Shown: positions 27,198 to 37,164, counted from the first letter of the stretch. The stretch: 58,091 nt of DNA from a virus (IMGVR_UViG_3300032282_000782:1-58091); one strand, 5' to 3'. Made by a program: numbers and translations. The notes: generated from the sequence alone by a model not told the origin.

Positions 27198-30100
27198 ATG
27201 GCTTCTAAGATAAAAGAAGATGGCCTAGAAGACACCTCTAATCACTATGAAAACCTCTTGCAGGATAGTGATTATGTGTCTGGTGCCTACCATACTCTTA
27301 AAGCTTTTGGGATTGACGTAGACCCAGAAGACCCTAAGGCTATTGTAGACACGTTCCTTACGCGCAACAGGTACTTCTCTACTAACCTTGCGGCAACTGG
27401 GTACACCTACAGCAAAGCTAAAGACTTTGACGCAGAGACTAAGCATGACATGGCTTACGTCATGGACCGTACTGAGAAGATGCCTTCCTTCTATGAGAAG
27501 GGCGGCGCGCCAGCAGGTTCAGCTATTATGGACTACGCACTAGCGGCAATTACAGACCCAACAAACATCGTATCAGCCATAGCAGCTATGTTTACTGCTG
27601 GTGCTGGTGGTTCTGCGGCAGTGGCTGGTAAGACGGCTGCTACGGCGGCTGTACGTGCATCACTTAAAAGTGACCTAGTTAGCACCTTCACAGGGGCTGG
27701 CCTAAAGACCTTAATGACAGAAGGGGCTATCTCTGGTGCTGGTTCACTAGCGCAGAATGCTTTACAGCAGACCACTGAGCAGGACATTGGCCTTCGTAAG
27801 GAAGAAGATGGTTACAACTTAGGTGAAATGGCTCTTAACACTGTAGCTGGTGGCATTGGTGCGCCCCTAGTTGGAGGTGCTGTTGGCGTTGCTGGTAAGG
27901 GTTTATTCAGAGGTGCGGGTAAGGTTATTGACAGTTCCGATAACCTGACACACGCTTCTAACTGGCTGAAGCGCAATTTCTCCCCGTCTGGTGGAGTGAA
28001 TGAAGACTTAGTTAGAGACTTGGAAAGTATTCAAGGGATTGGTAAGGACTTTGCTGAGAAAGCAGAGAACATAACTATGGACCTTGCTGAAAGCATCAAG
28101 AAAGACATTAAGGTTGACGAAGATGCCCCTTCTGGGGTTAAGTGGAATGATGTCTTAAATGAAGCTATGCGGAACCCCCCTGATGATCCATTAAAGAACC
28201 ATGCCCTTAAGTTAGTAGAGGCGCAAAGCCCTGATACTGTTAAAGCTATGCGTGAGTACTTCCAGCTTCGTGACTTAGGACACAAGTACGGTATGCTATC
28301 AGCACTACCAGACGAGACACGGGACTTCTTCTCTACTTCCCTACAGGATCAGAACTACACAAGAAACGTAGCTGAAGCCTATACACGGCTAAAGCGCGAC
28401 TTGCCATTTGACGAATACCTTGCTAAGGAACAACTAAAGGGTAACGATGTCTTAGACAGAGTTAAAGACCTTATTATGTCTAACCCAGCTAAGTACAATG
28501 AAGATGTCCCAATCTTCGGTGAAGCCAAGATTACCGCTGCTGGTAAGAAAGAGATTGATAATCTTAACAGCAATAAAGCTAATCTAACACCAGATGCTTA
28601 CGATACAGCGTATGCTGACATTCTCCAGCGTAATCAGTTTTATTCCGTAGTTGCTTCCCAGGAAGCACAGGACAAAATGATTAAAGACTTCGCTAAAGAA
28701 CGTTATCAACCTAATCGTATGCGTCGTCAAGAGGCTGGTGTCTTTAAGGCAAAGAAGGAAGCCGACATTCCCCCAGTTATGCGTGAGTTGATGGGCTACA
28801 ATAACAATGTTGCTATCCAGGTATCTGAGACAGTCCGTGGCGTTGTAGACAACGCTGTTAAAGCTAACGTCACAGATACTGTTGGTAGACATGCTGTTGA
28901 CAACGGATTGGGTGTACGTATCAACGTATCCAATAAGCTTAACCAAACACAGCGTCTTGCGGAAGCTAAGGCTATGGCTGAGAAGGCTCTTGGCACAGAC
29001 GATGTGGTCCCTCTTATCCGTGTCATATCAAAGGATATGTCAGAACAAGAGAAGAGAGACACTATCTTTCTTCTTGGTGATGCTGTAGCAAGCCAAGACA
29101 TGAAGGACATTTATGTTACCAGAGACTTTGCTAAGTCAATTAAACCTATTGTCAACGATGTAGAAGATGGAGGATTTGGTTCCTTAGCTAAGCGTGACGA
29201 CATTGTTGGTTCCATATACCGTAGAACAATGCAAATACAACAGGCTATAAAGCGCGGTAAAACAACACTAAGTCCGTTGTCCCATCTTCGTAACATGGGT
29301 TCTTCTTTGGGGTATGTAGCAGCTAGTGGAAACCTCATGGAGCTTGCACCTGTAATCCGTCAAATGGCTACTGATAGTGGTCGTGACTTACTGAGCCAAA
29401 AGATTGCACAGTTCAATAAGCTAGGCATGAGCGGTACTTCAATTGACGTTAATCAAACGGCAAAGACATTTTTAGATGTTACTGGTGGATCGGACCAAGC
29501 GTTACTAGCAAAGTTGCTTACATTTGGTAAAGCTGGCAAGATGGCTTCTAAGTTTTACGCCGGTACAGACGACATGGCAAAGTTTGTTACGTGGCTAGGA
29601 GAAGAGAAGAAAGCTGCTAAGATGTTTGCTGGTATGTCCGCAGCAGATAAGCAAGCAGCACGGGATAGTCTAACAAACCGCAAGACATCAGGTAATATGT
29701 CGCTGTTTCCAAAGATATCAGATGCTGATGTTATCAGTGAAATGGCTGCTGTAAAGACTACACGCCTAACACCTGTGTACGACAGGGTACCGCCATTCCT
29801 AAAGGCAATGAACGATATTCCCATTTTGGGTACGTTTACATCGTATCCTGCTGAGCGTCTTCGTAACACTTACAATATCTTTAAGACAGCCACAGAGGAA
29901 ATACGTCAAGGCTTTGAGACTGGAAACAGTGCCATGCGTAATGTTGGCATCAGCCGTTTGTCTCAGTGGACAGCTACTCAGGGTGCCTTATGGACAGCCG
30001 TGTACGGTGCTAATGCAGCTATGCACGGGGAGAAGGTCAATGAAATAATTGACTATGCACGGCAAGGGTTAGCTGAGTGGGATAAGAATGACCCACTATT

Positions 30101-31076
30101 GATTACCCACATAGGGAAGGGGGGGATGTTCAAGTACATCAACGTTGGTGGGCTTAACCCTGACCAGCAGTTGCAGAGTGTCGTTATGCCTCTTATCCTC
30201 AAAGCATCAAGAGGGGAAGACGTATCTAAAGACTTAGATAAAGCTATGATAGCTGCTGGTGGTAAGCTATTTGAACCATACATTGGTAAGAGTATGCTTA
30301 CAGATGCTGGGCAGAACCTATATGGCCTAATGACTACTGGTGAAGAGAAGTATGCTGTTAAGCTTGCCAAGATTGTTGAGCCAGGGTTTGCTAAGATGAT
30401 CCGTGACGGCTTAACAGATAGCGGTGCCTTACGTAACCTTGGTCCTGCTGGCTATGACTTGGAAACGGCAATGCAACCAAGAAACTTTGGATCAATGCCT
30501 AAGGAAGGTGTATCTTTCCTTAACACCGTCGGTATCCTTGGCGCTAGAGAGAAGGAGGTTGACCCTAAAGTTGTAACAGGGTTTACGCTGAATAAGCTGA
30601 ACAGAGAAATTGCTGGTGATAGAAACAAGTTCAAGACTGACTACAAGAGTACTCTAAGTGATCCCACATCTAACTATAATACTGTGTCTATGTTAAAGGA
30701 CTACGATAGTCTTATCCAGAAAGAGTTTAAGCAGCAGCAAGCTATCTACAGTATGGTTAACTCACTGGAGAGGCTGGGCTTAGACCGTAACGACATTAAG
30801 AAGATGATCCTATCGAAAGACTTGTCCGGTGTAGCACCCTCTGAGAAGGACTTGAAGAGCATTATGAATGGCAGGTTCTCACCACTTGAGTATGGTGGAC
30901 AACAGGCCGAGTGGAAAGGTATCAGGGACAGTATCCGTGGGAAGCTTGGAGAGCAGGACGACACACCGTTCGTAGACAAAGCTTTTGAGGTACGTGATGG
31001 TATGCGCGAGCTAGAGCGGAACTACAAGCACATAGAGCTTGCAGCTAAGCCACCAAAACTACAGATAGGGGATTAA
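27198..31076 (+). CDS. Large internal virion (ejection) protein
   Basis: 1292 aa, last structural gene; DPTN, KT.LSP.SH.RN, Y...DD..K, P.Y..VP, G.F.SYPAE..RN. Confidence 0.7.
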   Translation: MASKIKEDGLEDTSNHYENLLQDSDYVSGAYHTLKAFGIDVDPEDPKAIVDTFLTRNRYFSTNLAATGYTYSKAKDFDAETKHDMAYVMDRTEKMPSFYEKGGAPAGSAIMDYALAAITDPTNIVSAIAAMFTAGAGGSAAVAGKTAATAAVRASLKSDLVSTFTGAGLKTLMTEGAISGAGSLAQNALQQTTEQDIGLRKEEDGYNLGEMALNTVAGGIGAPLVGGAVGVAGKGLFRGAGKVIDSSDNLTHASNWLKRNFSPSGGVNEDLVRDLESIQGIGKDFAEKAENITMDLAESIKKDIKVDEDAPSGVKWNDVLNEAMRNPPDDPLKNHALKLVEAQSPDTVKAMREYFQLRDLGHKYGMLSALPDETRDFFSTSLQDQNYTRNVAEAYTRLKRDLPFDEYLAKEQLKGNDVLDRVKDLIMSNPAKYNEDVPIFGEAKITAAGKKEIDNLNSNKANLTPDAYDTAYADILQRNQFYSVVASQEAQDKMIKDFAKERYQPNRMRRQEAGVFKAKKEADIPPVMRELMGYNNNVAIQVSETVRGVVDNAVKANVTDTVGRHAVDNGLGVRINVSNKLNQTQRLAEAKAMAEKALGTDDVVPLIRVISKDMSEQEKRDTIFLLGDAVASQDMKDIYVTRDFAKSIKPIVNDVEDGGFGSLAKRDDIVGSIYRRTMQIQQAIKRGKTTLSPLSHLRNMGSSLGYVAASGNLMELAPVIRQMATDSGRDLLSQKIAQFNKLGMSGTSIDVNQTAKTFLDVTGGSDQALLAKLLTFGKAGKMASKFYAGTDDMAKFVTWLGEEKKAAKMFAGMSAADKQAARDSLTNRKTSGNMSLFPKISDADVISEMAAVKTTRLTPVYDRVPPFLKAMNDIPILGTFTSYPAERLRNTYNIFKTATEEIRQGFETGNSAMRNVGISRLSQWTATQGALWTAVYGANAAMHGEKVNEIIDYARQGLAEWDKNDPLLITHIGKGGMFKYINVGGLNPDQQLQSVVMPLILKASRGEDVSKDLDKAMIAAGGKLFEPYIGKSMLTDAGQNLYGLMTTGEEKYAVKLAKIVEPGFAKMIRDGLTDSGALRNLGPAGYDLETAMQPRNFGSMPKEGVSFLNTVGILGAREKEVDPKVVTGFTLNKLNREIAGDRNKFKTDYKSTLSDPTSNYNTVSMLKDYDSLIQKEFKQQQAIYSMVNSLERLGLDRNDIKKMILSKDLSGVAPSEKDLKSIMNGRFSPLEYGGQQAEWKGIRDSIRGKLGEQDDTPFVDKAFEVRDGMRELERNYKHIELAAKPPKLQIGD

Positions 31077-31080
31077 ACCT

Positions 31081-31455
31081 ATGCAAACATGGGAATACTT
31101 TACAGAGAAGGAACTAGCAGACACACGCACAGGTGAGTGCAGGATGGACCCTGACTTTATGGTTAAGCTGGTGAAGCTACGGGACTTGCTTGGTAAGCCC
31201 ATGAAGATTACTTCCGGGTACAGGTCCAAGGAGACTAACGATGCCGTAGGTGGTGCGGAGAACTCACCGCATATGTACGGTAAAGCAGTTGATGTGTACA
31301 TCCAAGGAGCGGATGCTCTTCGCCTAATTGAACTGGCGTTACAGGTTGGGTTCGTTGGTATTGGTGTTAGTCAGAAGGGACAAAGTAGGTTCATTCACAT
31401 TGACACTATAGATAATAGCCCTAACCAGCCTAGACCAACGATATGGTCTTACTGA
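31081..31455 (+). CDS. Peptidase M15 family endolysin
   Basis: ITSGYR...N..VGGA.NS.H..G.AVD and FIHID zinc-binding motifs. Confidence 0.9.
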   Translation: MQTWEYFTEKELADTRTGECRMDPDFMVKLVKLRDLLGKPMKITSGYRSKETNDAVGGAENSPHMYGKAVDVYIQGADALRLIELALQVGFVGIGVSQKGQSRFIHIDTIDNSPNQPRPTIWSY

Positions 31456-31997
31456 TCGTCTCCAGGCTCTTCAAGTAGTTCGTCTAGGTTCTCTTCCAAG
31501 AGTTCGTCTACTTCAGCCTCTTCGTCATCGCTGTCGTCATCGTCTACCTGATCTGGTGGGGACGCAAACCAGCTACATGCTAAGAACAGTGCAGTAGCTC
31601 TCTGCTCCCCCAGTATCTCTAAGCTTCTGATAATCTCAGCCTCTAATTCCTTAACGGTTTTAGGGGCTTCTTCGTCGTCGTCTTTTCCCTTTGCGCGGGA
31701 TAGGAGTTCAAGAGCTTTTAAAGCTGACCCAGTGTTGTTATTGTCTTTAGCGTATTTATACTGGGCTTCTATTTCGGAGATAACATCAATGTTAGTCTCC
31801 ATCTCCTTCTCTAGGTTCTCTATACGCTCTTGAATCTTTGGTGACTTAAGCAGTCGTGATCCTTGGTTGTAGGCACTCCGTTCAGAGTACCCAGCAGCTT
31901 TAGCAGCTTCAGTGGCGTTACGGTACAGGACGTAGGCTTGGCAGAACTTCTCCCGCTTAGTGTCTAGTCCGTTACCGTCTAGCTCTTCCTTTGCCAC
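31449..31997 (-). CDS. terS: Terminase small subunit
   Basis: EKFCQAY....NATEAAKAAGYSERSAYNQGSRLL..P.I...I HTH; ALKALELL. Confidence 0.85.
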   Translation of the reverse strand: MAKEELDGNGLDTKREKFCQAYVLYRNATEAAKAAGYSERSAYNQGSRLLKSPKIQERIENLEKEMETNIDVISEIEAQYKYAKDNNNTGSALKALELLSRAKGKDDDEEAPKTVKELEAEIIRSLEILGEQRATALFLACSWFASPPDQVDDDDSDDEEAEVDELLEENLDELLEEPGDDQ

Positions 31998-32384
31998 TTA
32001 CTTAGATACTCCTTTGAACTTCTCATAGGTACGCATACCACCAAGACCTAATAGCCCCAGTAGAACAGTAAGCAGAGACTCCATAGAAAACACCGGCAAT
32101 ACTATTGCTTTATCAAATAGTGCGAACATAAACAACAGGAAGGGTTGAAGAACATAATGGTAAGCAAAAGCTGTACCACATGTCCAGCCAACGAATGGAC
32201 GCCAACCAGATACAAACAAGCTACTGCTACTAGCTTCTACCTTATTAACCTCAGTCTGAGCTTGATCCCACTGTTGAAGTGAGCTACGAAGGTCAGCTTC
32301 TGCCTGTTGTTTAGCAGCAGGGTCAGGAACAAATTTATCAAGGACTTTTAATGCTGCTCCAATAGCGTCGTCAATACCAAACAT
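31998..32384 (-). CDS. Holin (3TM, GTA-type family)
   Basis: LDKFVPD, N..EA...SLFV.GWRPFVGW.C, L.GLLGLGGMRTYEK.KGV; start chosen at MFGIDD after GGAG. Confidence 0.85.
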   Translation of the reverse strand: MFGIDDAIGAALKVLDKFVPDPAAKQQAEADLRSSLQQWDQAQTEVNKVEASSSSLFVSGWRPFVGWTCGTAFAYHYVLQPFLLFMFALFDKAIVLPVFSMESLLTVLLGLLGLGGMRTYEKFKGVSK

Positions 32385-32569
32385 TACTCCTTGTCCTCCA
32401 ACCACATACCGTAATAGCTGTACTCTTTATAGGGACCAGTAACAGGTTCGTCAAATACAGATGTTACAGGTGATACTTTTAGGGGCATATCCTCTTCGTT
32501 AACAATAGGAACCTGTACCCACTGTTGTACACCGTTTACTGTAACACGTTTAGCCATAAACCTAGGCAT
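32384..32569 (-). CDS. Hypothetical protein
   Basis: Start MPRF after GGAGG; coupled to neighbouring genes. Confidence 0.55.
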   Translation of the reverse strand: MPRFMAKRVTVNGVQQWVQVPIVNEEDMPLKVSPVTSVFDEPVTGPYKEYSYYGMWLEDKE

Positions 32570-32570
32570 C

Positions 32571-32948
32571 TTAACCTCCAGAATTTCCTTCAACAAAACA
32601 AATAATACCACGAACAGGGATGTAACACACAATCATTTGGAAGAACGGATTACGAACAATTACCTCAGGGTCTGTAATCTTAACTTCTTCTGGAATAGGA
32701 TGGGCTGAGTTAACTTCTTCAATCCAAGCCCACCGCACACCATTTGGTGCTATCCATACTTCCCGCTGCTTACAGTCTGCTTCGCTACAGCAGGATATAC
32801 CTGCCGGTAGGTCGTTTAGTTGTACTGGTGTCTTTAGTGATCTAAACCAGTTAGCTATCTCATTACTTTGCTGGGAGTACACTACAGGTGAGAATACTAC
32901 CATACTTAACAGTAGTACGTAAATAAACTCTCTAAACTTCTTAAGCAT
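32571..32948 (-). CDS. Secreted or membrane-anchored Cys-motif protein
   Basis: N-terminal hydrophobic helix; WF..L...SCC..ADC...C......CF. Confidence 0.6.
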   Translation of the reverse strand: MLKKFREFIYVLLLSMVVFSPVVYSQQSNEIANWFRSLKTPVQLNDLPAGISCCSEADCKQREVWIAPNGVRWAWIEEVNSAHPIPEEVKITDPEVIVRNPFFQMIVCYIPVRGIICFVEGNSGG

Positions 32949-35259
32949 CTTTAAAGAAGTCTTTATAGTAATTCTTGTGTCCCATACGTGAGGCTCTAAA
33001 GATTTCACCAGCTAGTGTTGGCTTAGAGCCTTCATACAACGATACATTCATTTCAACCTGTTCAGAGTTGAATAACTTCTCACAGTCCTGGGCCATAGCA
33101 AGTAGCTCACCAGTGGTCCAGAACAAGACATCGTTAGTCTCTACGTTAAGGAACTTAGGACGATCCTCTTCGTCACGTTCCTTCTTCATATCCTCTGTAA
33201 GGCTCTCTTCTGGGATACAGCAGTCAAAGCCAAAGAGGTGGAAGTTCCGTACACCAAACACATGGAACATCCCGATAGACCGCATAGCAGAGCAGGTACC
33301 GCCAGTAACGAACACTGCATCCTGGGGAATGTGGACACCATCAGCCAGAGCAAATCCACCATCCTCACCAGCCTTCTGTACCCTACGAACAGCCTCACAG
33401 TAAGCGTGCCAGCCGTAGATGTTTGAAGTCTTTTCCATCAGGTGCTTAGTCATGGACAAGTCAGTCATGCTGGCAACAAGGAACTTAGTGCTTAAGTCAA
33501 CAGTCTCAAACAGGTCTTTACGGACCTTACCATGAGTAGATAAGCCATCTGCTGGGCGCGGATCAAGGATCACACAGGCATAGGGCTTAATGCCGTTGGC
33601 AAGGAGAAGAGGATAGGAGTGTTTGACACACACCACTACACCGTTAGTATCCTTGATAACCTGCTTTAGTTTGTCGTAATCAATTGATGGACCAGCGGAT
33701 ACAATGATCGCATGATCCGCATTCACCGTCCCTGTCTTAACGACAGACCAATCTTTAATCAGCTTAAGGTTACCATTGACGTTATCAATGATGTCGTCCT
33801 TAGGCATACTGTCCCGTGGCTTCACAACGATGGGGGCGCGGCGGAACTTGTCTGGTAGCTGGGGTAGGTTAGGATCAGATAGGAGTACAGCAAGGTGTGT
33901 ACGTCCACCACCTAACACCGGATCATCTGATGGTAGCACCACTACACGGTAGGGTTCCTTACCCTTGAAGGACTCAATAAGCCGGTTGGTGCCTAAGTAT
34001 TCCTCACCAAGGATGTTGCCTTGAGCATCTTTGGAGAAGTAGTCGTCAAACACCAAACAGGGGACATGCTTAAGGGCTTCGTAGTCACTTAGGACAGTCT
34101 CTTCACTATGCCCACCGTCAATGAATGCAAACTTAAGACCGGACAAAATACCGGACTTCAGTGCTGCTGGGAGTGTTACTTTGGAGTCCCCCTTGTGCAG
34201 GTCAAAGGTAAACTCCTTACCCCGGAGGAACATAGCACCAGCAAAATCACTAAGACGCTTGGATACGATATCAACGGTGTTATGGGGTTTGGAATTTAAT
34301 TCATAGGTGTCCAGTTCCTGGGTAGCTTCTTCAAACAGGTCAAACCCAATGTAGTGGACCTTATCTAACTTCTCAAAGGAAGCCAGAGCCATTTCAATAG
34401 CCCTGCCACCGTTCCAGGTGCCCACCTCTAGGATGGTTTCTGAGCCGTACAGACGGACCAGATCAGCAAGCTGCTTGTACCGGCCAGCCTTAACGTCTGG
34501 AGATGTCTCCTGAGTCCATAATTTGGCCTTCTTAGCCCCTTTGTAGTGGTGTAGGTACTGCTGAAGCGGAGAGTTACCAAACGCATCCAGCCCTGCTGTA
34601 TCGGGGCTGAGGTTATGGACACGCATACCGTGAGCTTTGTAGATGTTCAGCAACCGTTCAAAGATAAAGCCATCGTGCCACTCACGATAGGAGATGACTT
34701 CCCCAATGTCATAGCACCCACGAAGATCGGCCAAAAGGTAGTGGGGAGTTTCATAGTCAAGGTTAAAGGCAATAAAGGATGTCTCTGAGTAGTCTACATC
34801 CTTACGGCCAAGGTGGACGATCTCTGCCTTCTCTGGGAGCATTGGACGTAGCCGCTTAGCTGACAGCGGGGTGTGGGTAACTGTGTCTGCGTCAAGCCAG
34901 ATCATCCAGCCGCCGTGTACGTCCTGCTCACTGATCTCAAGAGAAAGGTCAGTCATAGCATAAATCTTGTGGCACCACTTAATGGCATCCAAGCGCCAGT
35001 TGTAAGGCGTCTTACCTTGTGCTGTACCATCGTACTGAGCCATGCGCTGCCGGTAGTTTACCATGTCCTGGACGTTGTTCAGGTTGCGGTACTCAATGAG
35101 AGGTGACTGTGGTAAATCTGCCACAAGCTCCTCTGGGAAGTCATGATAGTAAGCAATAAGCTTTAGGCTGTCCTGCCAGTTCTCAATAACTGAATGGAGC
35201 ATCTTCTTAGCGTACTGTTGGTAACCGTCAGCACTAAACGATGTTACGAAGCGGATCAT
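32941..35259 (-). CDS. Three-domain fusion: GT-A-like glycosyltransferase, class I SAM methyltransferase and Maf/DUF115-like domain
   Basis: WLDADT (DxD) and EWHD; ILEVGTWNG, FIDGGHS, VFDDY; IVSAGPSI, ILDPR, GGT.SAMR, FHLFGFD. Confidence 0.75.
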   Translation of the reverse strand: MIRFVTSFSADGYQQYAKKMLHSVIENWQDSLKLIAYYHDFPEELVADLPQSPLIEYRNLNNVQDMVNYRQRMAQYDGTAQGKTPYNWRLDAIKWCHKIYAMTDLSLEISEQDVHGGWMIWLDADTVTHTPLSAKRLRPMLPEKAEIVHLGRKDVDYSETSFIAFNLDYETPHYLLADLRGCYDIGEVISYREWHDGFIFERLLNIYKAHGMRVHNLSPDTAGLDAFGNSPLQQYLHHYKGAKKAKLWTQETSPDVKAGRYKQLADLVRLYGSETILEVGTWNGGRAIEMALASFEKLDKVHYIGFDLFEEATQELDTYELNSKPHNTVDIVSKRLSDFAGAMFLRGKEFTFDLHKGDSKVTLPAALKSGILSGLKFAFIDGGHSEETVLSDYEALKHVPCLVFDDYFSKDAQGNILGEEYLGTNRLIESFKGKEPYRVVVLPSDDPVLGGGRTHLAVLLSDPNLPQLPDKFRRAPIVVKPRDSMPKDDIIDNVNGNLKLIKDWSVVKTGTVNADHAIIVSAGPSIDYDKLKQVIKDTNGVVVCVKHSYPLLLANGIKPYACVILDPRPADGLSTHGKVRKDLFETVDLSTKFLVASMTDLSMTKHLMEKTSNIYGWHAYCEAVRRVQKAGEDGGFALADGVHIPQDAVFVTGGTCSAMRSIGMFHVFGVRNFHLFGFDCCIPEESLTEDMKKERDEEDRPKFLNVETNDVLFWTTGELLAMAQDCEKLFNSEQVEMNVSLYEGSKPTLAGEIFRASRMGHKNYYKDFFKDA

Positions 35260-35268
35260 TGTTTCTTA

Positions 35269-36015
35269 TTATTCCTTTAAGTAGTTGCTGTACAGGTGTC
35301 TCCATTCAGTGGAGTATTCGTTGTCAATGTCACGCTTTGCTTTCCAGTTAGGGAAGAGAGGACCACCCGTTGTGAAGTGGACCAGCTTGGCGTCCAGTGT
35401 GGGTGCGCTATGACCGTCTAACCAATTCCATGCTGGGTCAATACCAGCAATCTCATTAGACTCCAGCCACTCAAAGCCGTGTAGCCATGATCCAGGCTTG
35501 GTGTTAACGTCTGCTACAGTCAGCCTGTCGTGAGCCGGGTGTTCGCAGTTCCACAGCATGAGGCTGGACCAATTCTTCTTGGAGTAGTTAGTCTGAACCT
35601 GTCCGTCCATCTTAAGGGTGTCTGTGGACTGGTAATTATGCTTAACTACACTTAACGCTGTGTACTGGCTAGCATACCTATCAAATACTTCAGATATGTC
35701 AGACCGTAAATACATATCGGCATCCAGGAATAAAGCATAACCCCTGCGCTGGTTAAGAAAAGGACACAGAAAGCGCGTAAACGAAAACTCAGTGGAGAAC
35801 GGTTTTTTGTCAAAGCAGTCTACCTTTACGCCATCTTGGTTAATTTCATGGGACCGCCAGTACAGTCCGATCTTACGGAGGTTGTGTTGCAGAACGGGGA
35901 CAATGTTATAGGGCTGCTTAGTGTTGTCACGAATAGACTTCTCCAAGACCTTAACATAGGCATCCTCTTTAGGATCGTAGCCAATGTAGATTGTGTTTAA
36001 CTGCTTAAAGGGCAT
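35269..36015 (-). CDS. GT-A fold glycosyltransferase (GT8-like)
   Basis: IYIGYDP.E, STEFSFTRFL.P, FLDADM, KNWSS.ML.NC, WN.L, HFT.GGP. Confidence 0.85.
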   Translation of the reverse strand: MPFKQLNTIYIGYDPKEDAYVKVLEKSIRDNTKQPYNIVPVLQHNLRKIGLYWRSHEINQDGVKVDCFDKKPFSTEFSFTRFLCPFLNQRRGYALFLDADMYLRSDISEVFDRYASQYTALSVVKHNYQSTDTLKMDGQVQTNYSKKNWSSLMLWNCEHPAHDRLTVADVNTKPGSWLHGFEWLESNEIAGIDPAWNWLDGHSAPTLDAKLVHFTTGGPLFPNWKAKRDIDNEYSTEWRHLYSNYLKE

Positions 36016-36050
36016 TTACCAAGATTCCAACTGTAGCTGCAACTGCCATA

Positions 36051-36080
36051 ATTATAAGTGCTATCATGTCTGTTTGTCAA
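36051..36080 (-). promoter_or_regulatory. Consensus sigma70 promoter driving the glycosyltransferase-holin-terS unit
   Basis: Minus strand TTGACA (36080-36075), 18-nt spacer, TATAAT (36056-36051). Confidence 0.75.
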
Positions 36081-36288
36081 CCTTTTTCTTTGGGAAAGGT
36101 GGAGGAGGAAGTGGTTGCCAGTCTGTTGGATCAATACCTATAAACCCGCCGTAGCTTTCGGCAGAGTACCATCCTTTATTAAAGGGGGAATAAATACCTA
36201 CCAGGATTCCATCGCTTGTTGAGTAAACCAGCACACGTGTATCCTCTGGTGCTGTCTCAATAGGCATCCAGTCTAAGCTCATTTCCAT
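36064..36288 (-). CDS. DUF551-like protein
   Basis: W.PIETAP...VL...PT.WQPLPPPP. Confidence 0.75.
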   Translation of the reverse strand: MEMSLDWMPIETAPEDTRVLVYSTSDGILVGIYSPFNKGWYSAESYGGFIGIDPTDWQPLPPPPFPKKKVDKQT

Positions 36289-36842
36289 CTATCTCCTCTG
36301 AACCAACCAACTAGTGAGTAGCGTGTCCCAACTTCTACAGGTGTTACCCTGTGCTGAATAAAGGATGGGAAGACGCACACGGTGCCTGTGTTCTTTAACG
36401 CAGTGAGGCGTTTAACACGGTTGTCCTTAGGGTTGCCCCACTCTTCTACTTCAAAGTGGCCACCAGTGTATGTCTCATTCAAAGCTATAGAGACAGACAG
36501 CTTCCTAAAAGCTGGATCGGTGGGCTTCTCTACGCCCATGTCTACATGCCAATCGTAATACTGCCCTGGCTCATACACACTAAACTGTGGTACTTCAAAT
36601 GAGTTAATGTGGAAGTTCCAACCGGCTTCTACGTTAGCGTGTTTAACGTACTCACCCATAAGCTCAGATATAGATGGCTCACTAAGCCATGCTATGGTGT
36701 TGTTACGAACACCGTTGTCACGGACGCTGACATCGTTCTTGTGTACGTCAGCCTGTAGTTGCTGGGCTTCCAGGCCCATCCTGATAATAATTTCACACAG
36801 TTCTTCTGGGATAGGTTCGTCAAAGATGTAGTAAGGCTTCAT
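36279..36842 (-). CDS. 2OG-Fe(II) oxygenase (PKHD/prolyl-hydroxylase-like)
   Basis: Q...Y..G..YDWHVD, RKLS, Y.GG, FPSF..HRVTPV..GTRYSLV.W. Confidence 0.9.
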   Translation of the reverse strand: MKPYYIFDEPIPEELCEIIIRMGLEAQQLQADVHKNDVSVRDNGVRNNTIAWLSEPSISELMGEYVKHANVEAGWNFHINSFEVPQFSVYEPGQYYDWHVDMGVEKPTDPAFRKLSVSIALNETYTGGHFEVEEWGNPKDNRVKRLTALKNTGTVCVFPSFIQHRVTPVEVGTRYSLVGWFRGDRWK

Positions 36843-36985
36843 TTACCAAATCCCCATATCAAACCAAGGTTAGCAAGGGCATAGCCAAAGAAGACTACAG
36901 CCCCTGGATAGTTATCGCCAACCGCAAAGACACCGGACTGAAACATATAGATACCAGTGACGATCCATATTAGCGATGTACTCAC
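36839..36985 (-). CDS. 48-aa two-TM membrane microprotein
   Basis: Hand translation MSTSLIWIVTGIYMFQ...FFGYALANLGLIWGFGK; 4-nt overlaps with both neighbours. Confidence 0.65.
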   Translation of the reverse strand: MSTSLIWIVTGIYMFQSGVFAVGDNYPGAVVFFGYALANLGLIWGFGK

Positions 36986-37164
36986 TTCTTTGATGTTGTT
37001 TGGTCAATGGGTAGGTTGTACAGGTCAGCCCACCACTTGTTGTCTGGTAGCTTAAACTTAATAGCCAACTCTTGATTGCTAACAGAGAATGAGTAGCCAC
37101 ACTCTGACACTGGCTCTTCAAGCGGTGGCTCAATTTGCTTGTCACTGACGTTAGGGTCTTTCAT
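36982..37164 (-). CDS. Hypothetical protein
   Basis: ATGA overlap with the upstream gene. Confidence 0.5.
   Translation of the reverse strand: MKDPNVSDKQIEPPLEEPVSECGYSFSVSNQELAIKFKLPDNKWWADLYNLPIDQTTSKK

Noticed and set aside
36279-36842. TET/JBP base-hypermodification enzyme
   Set aside because: Motifs fit PKHD/prolyl-hydroxylase-type oxygenases, and no C5 methyltransferase partner was seen; DNA modification is not fully excluded.
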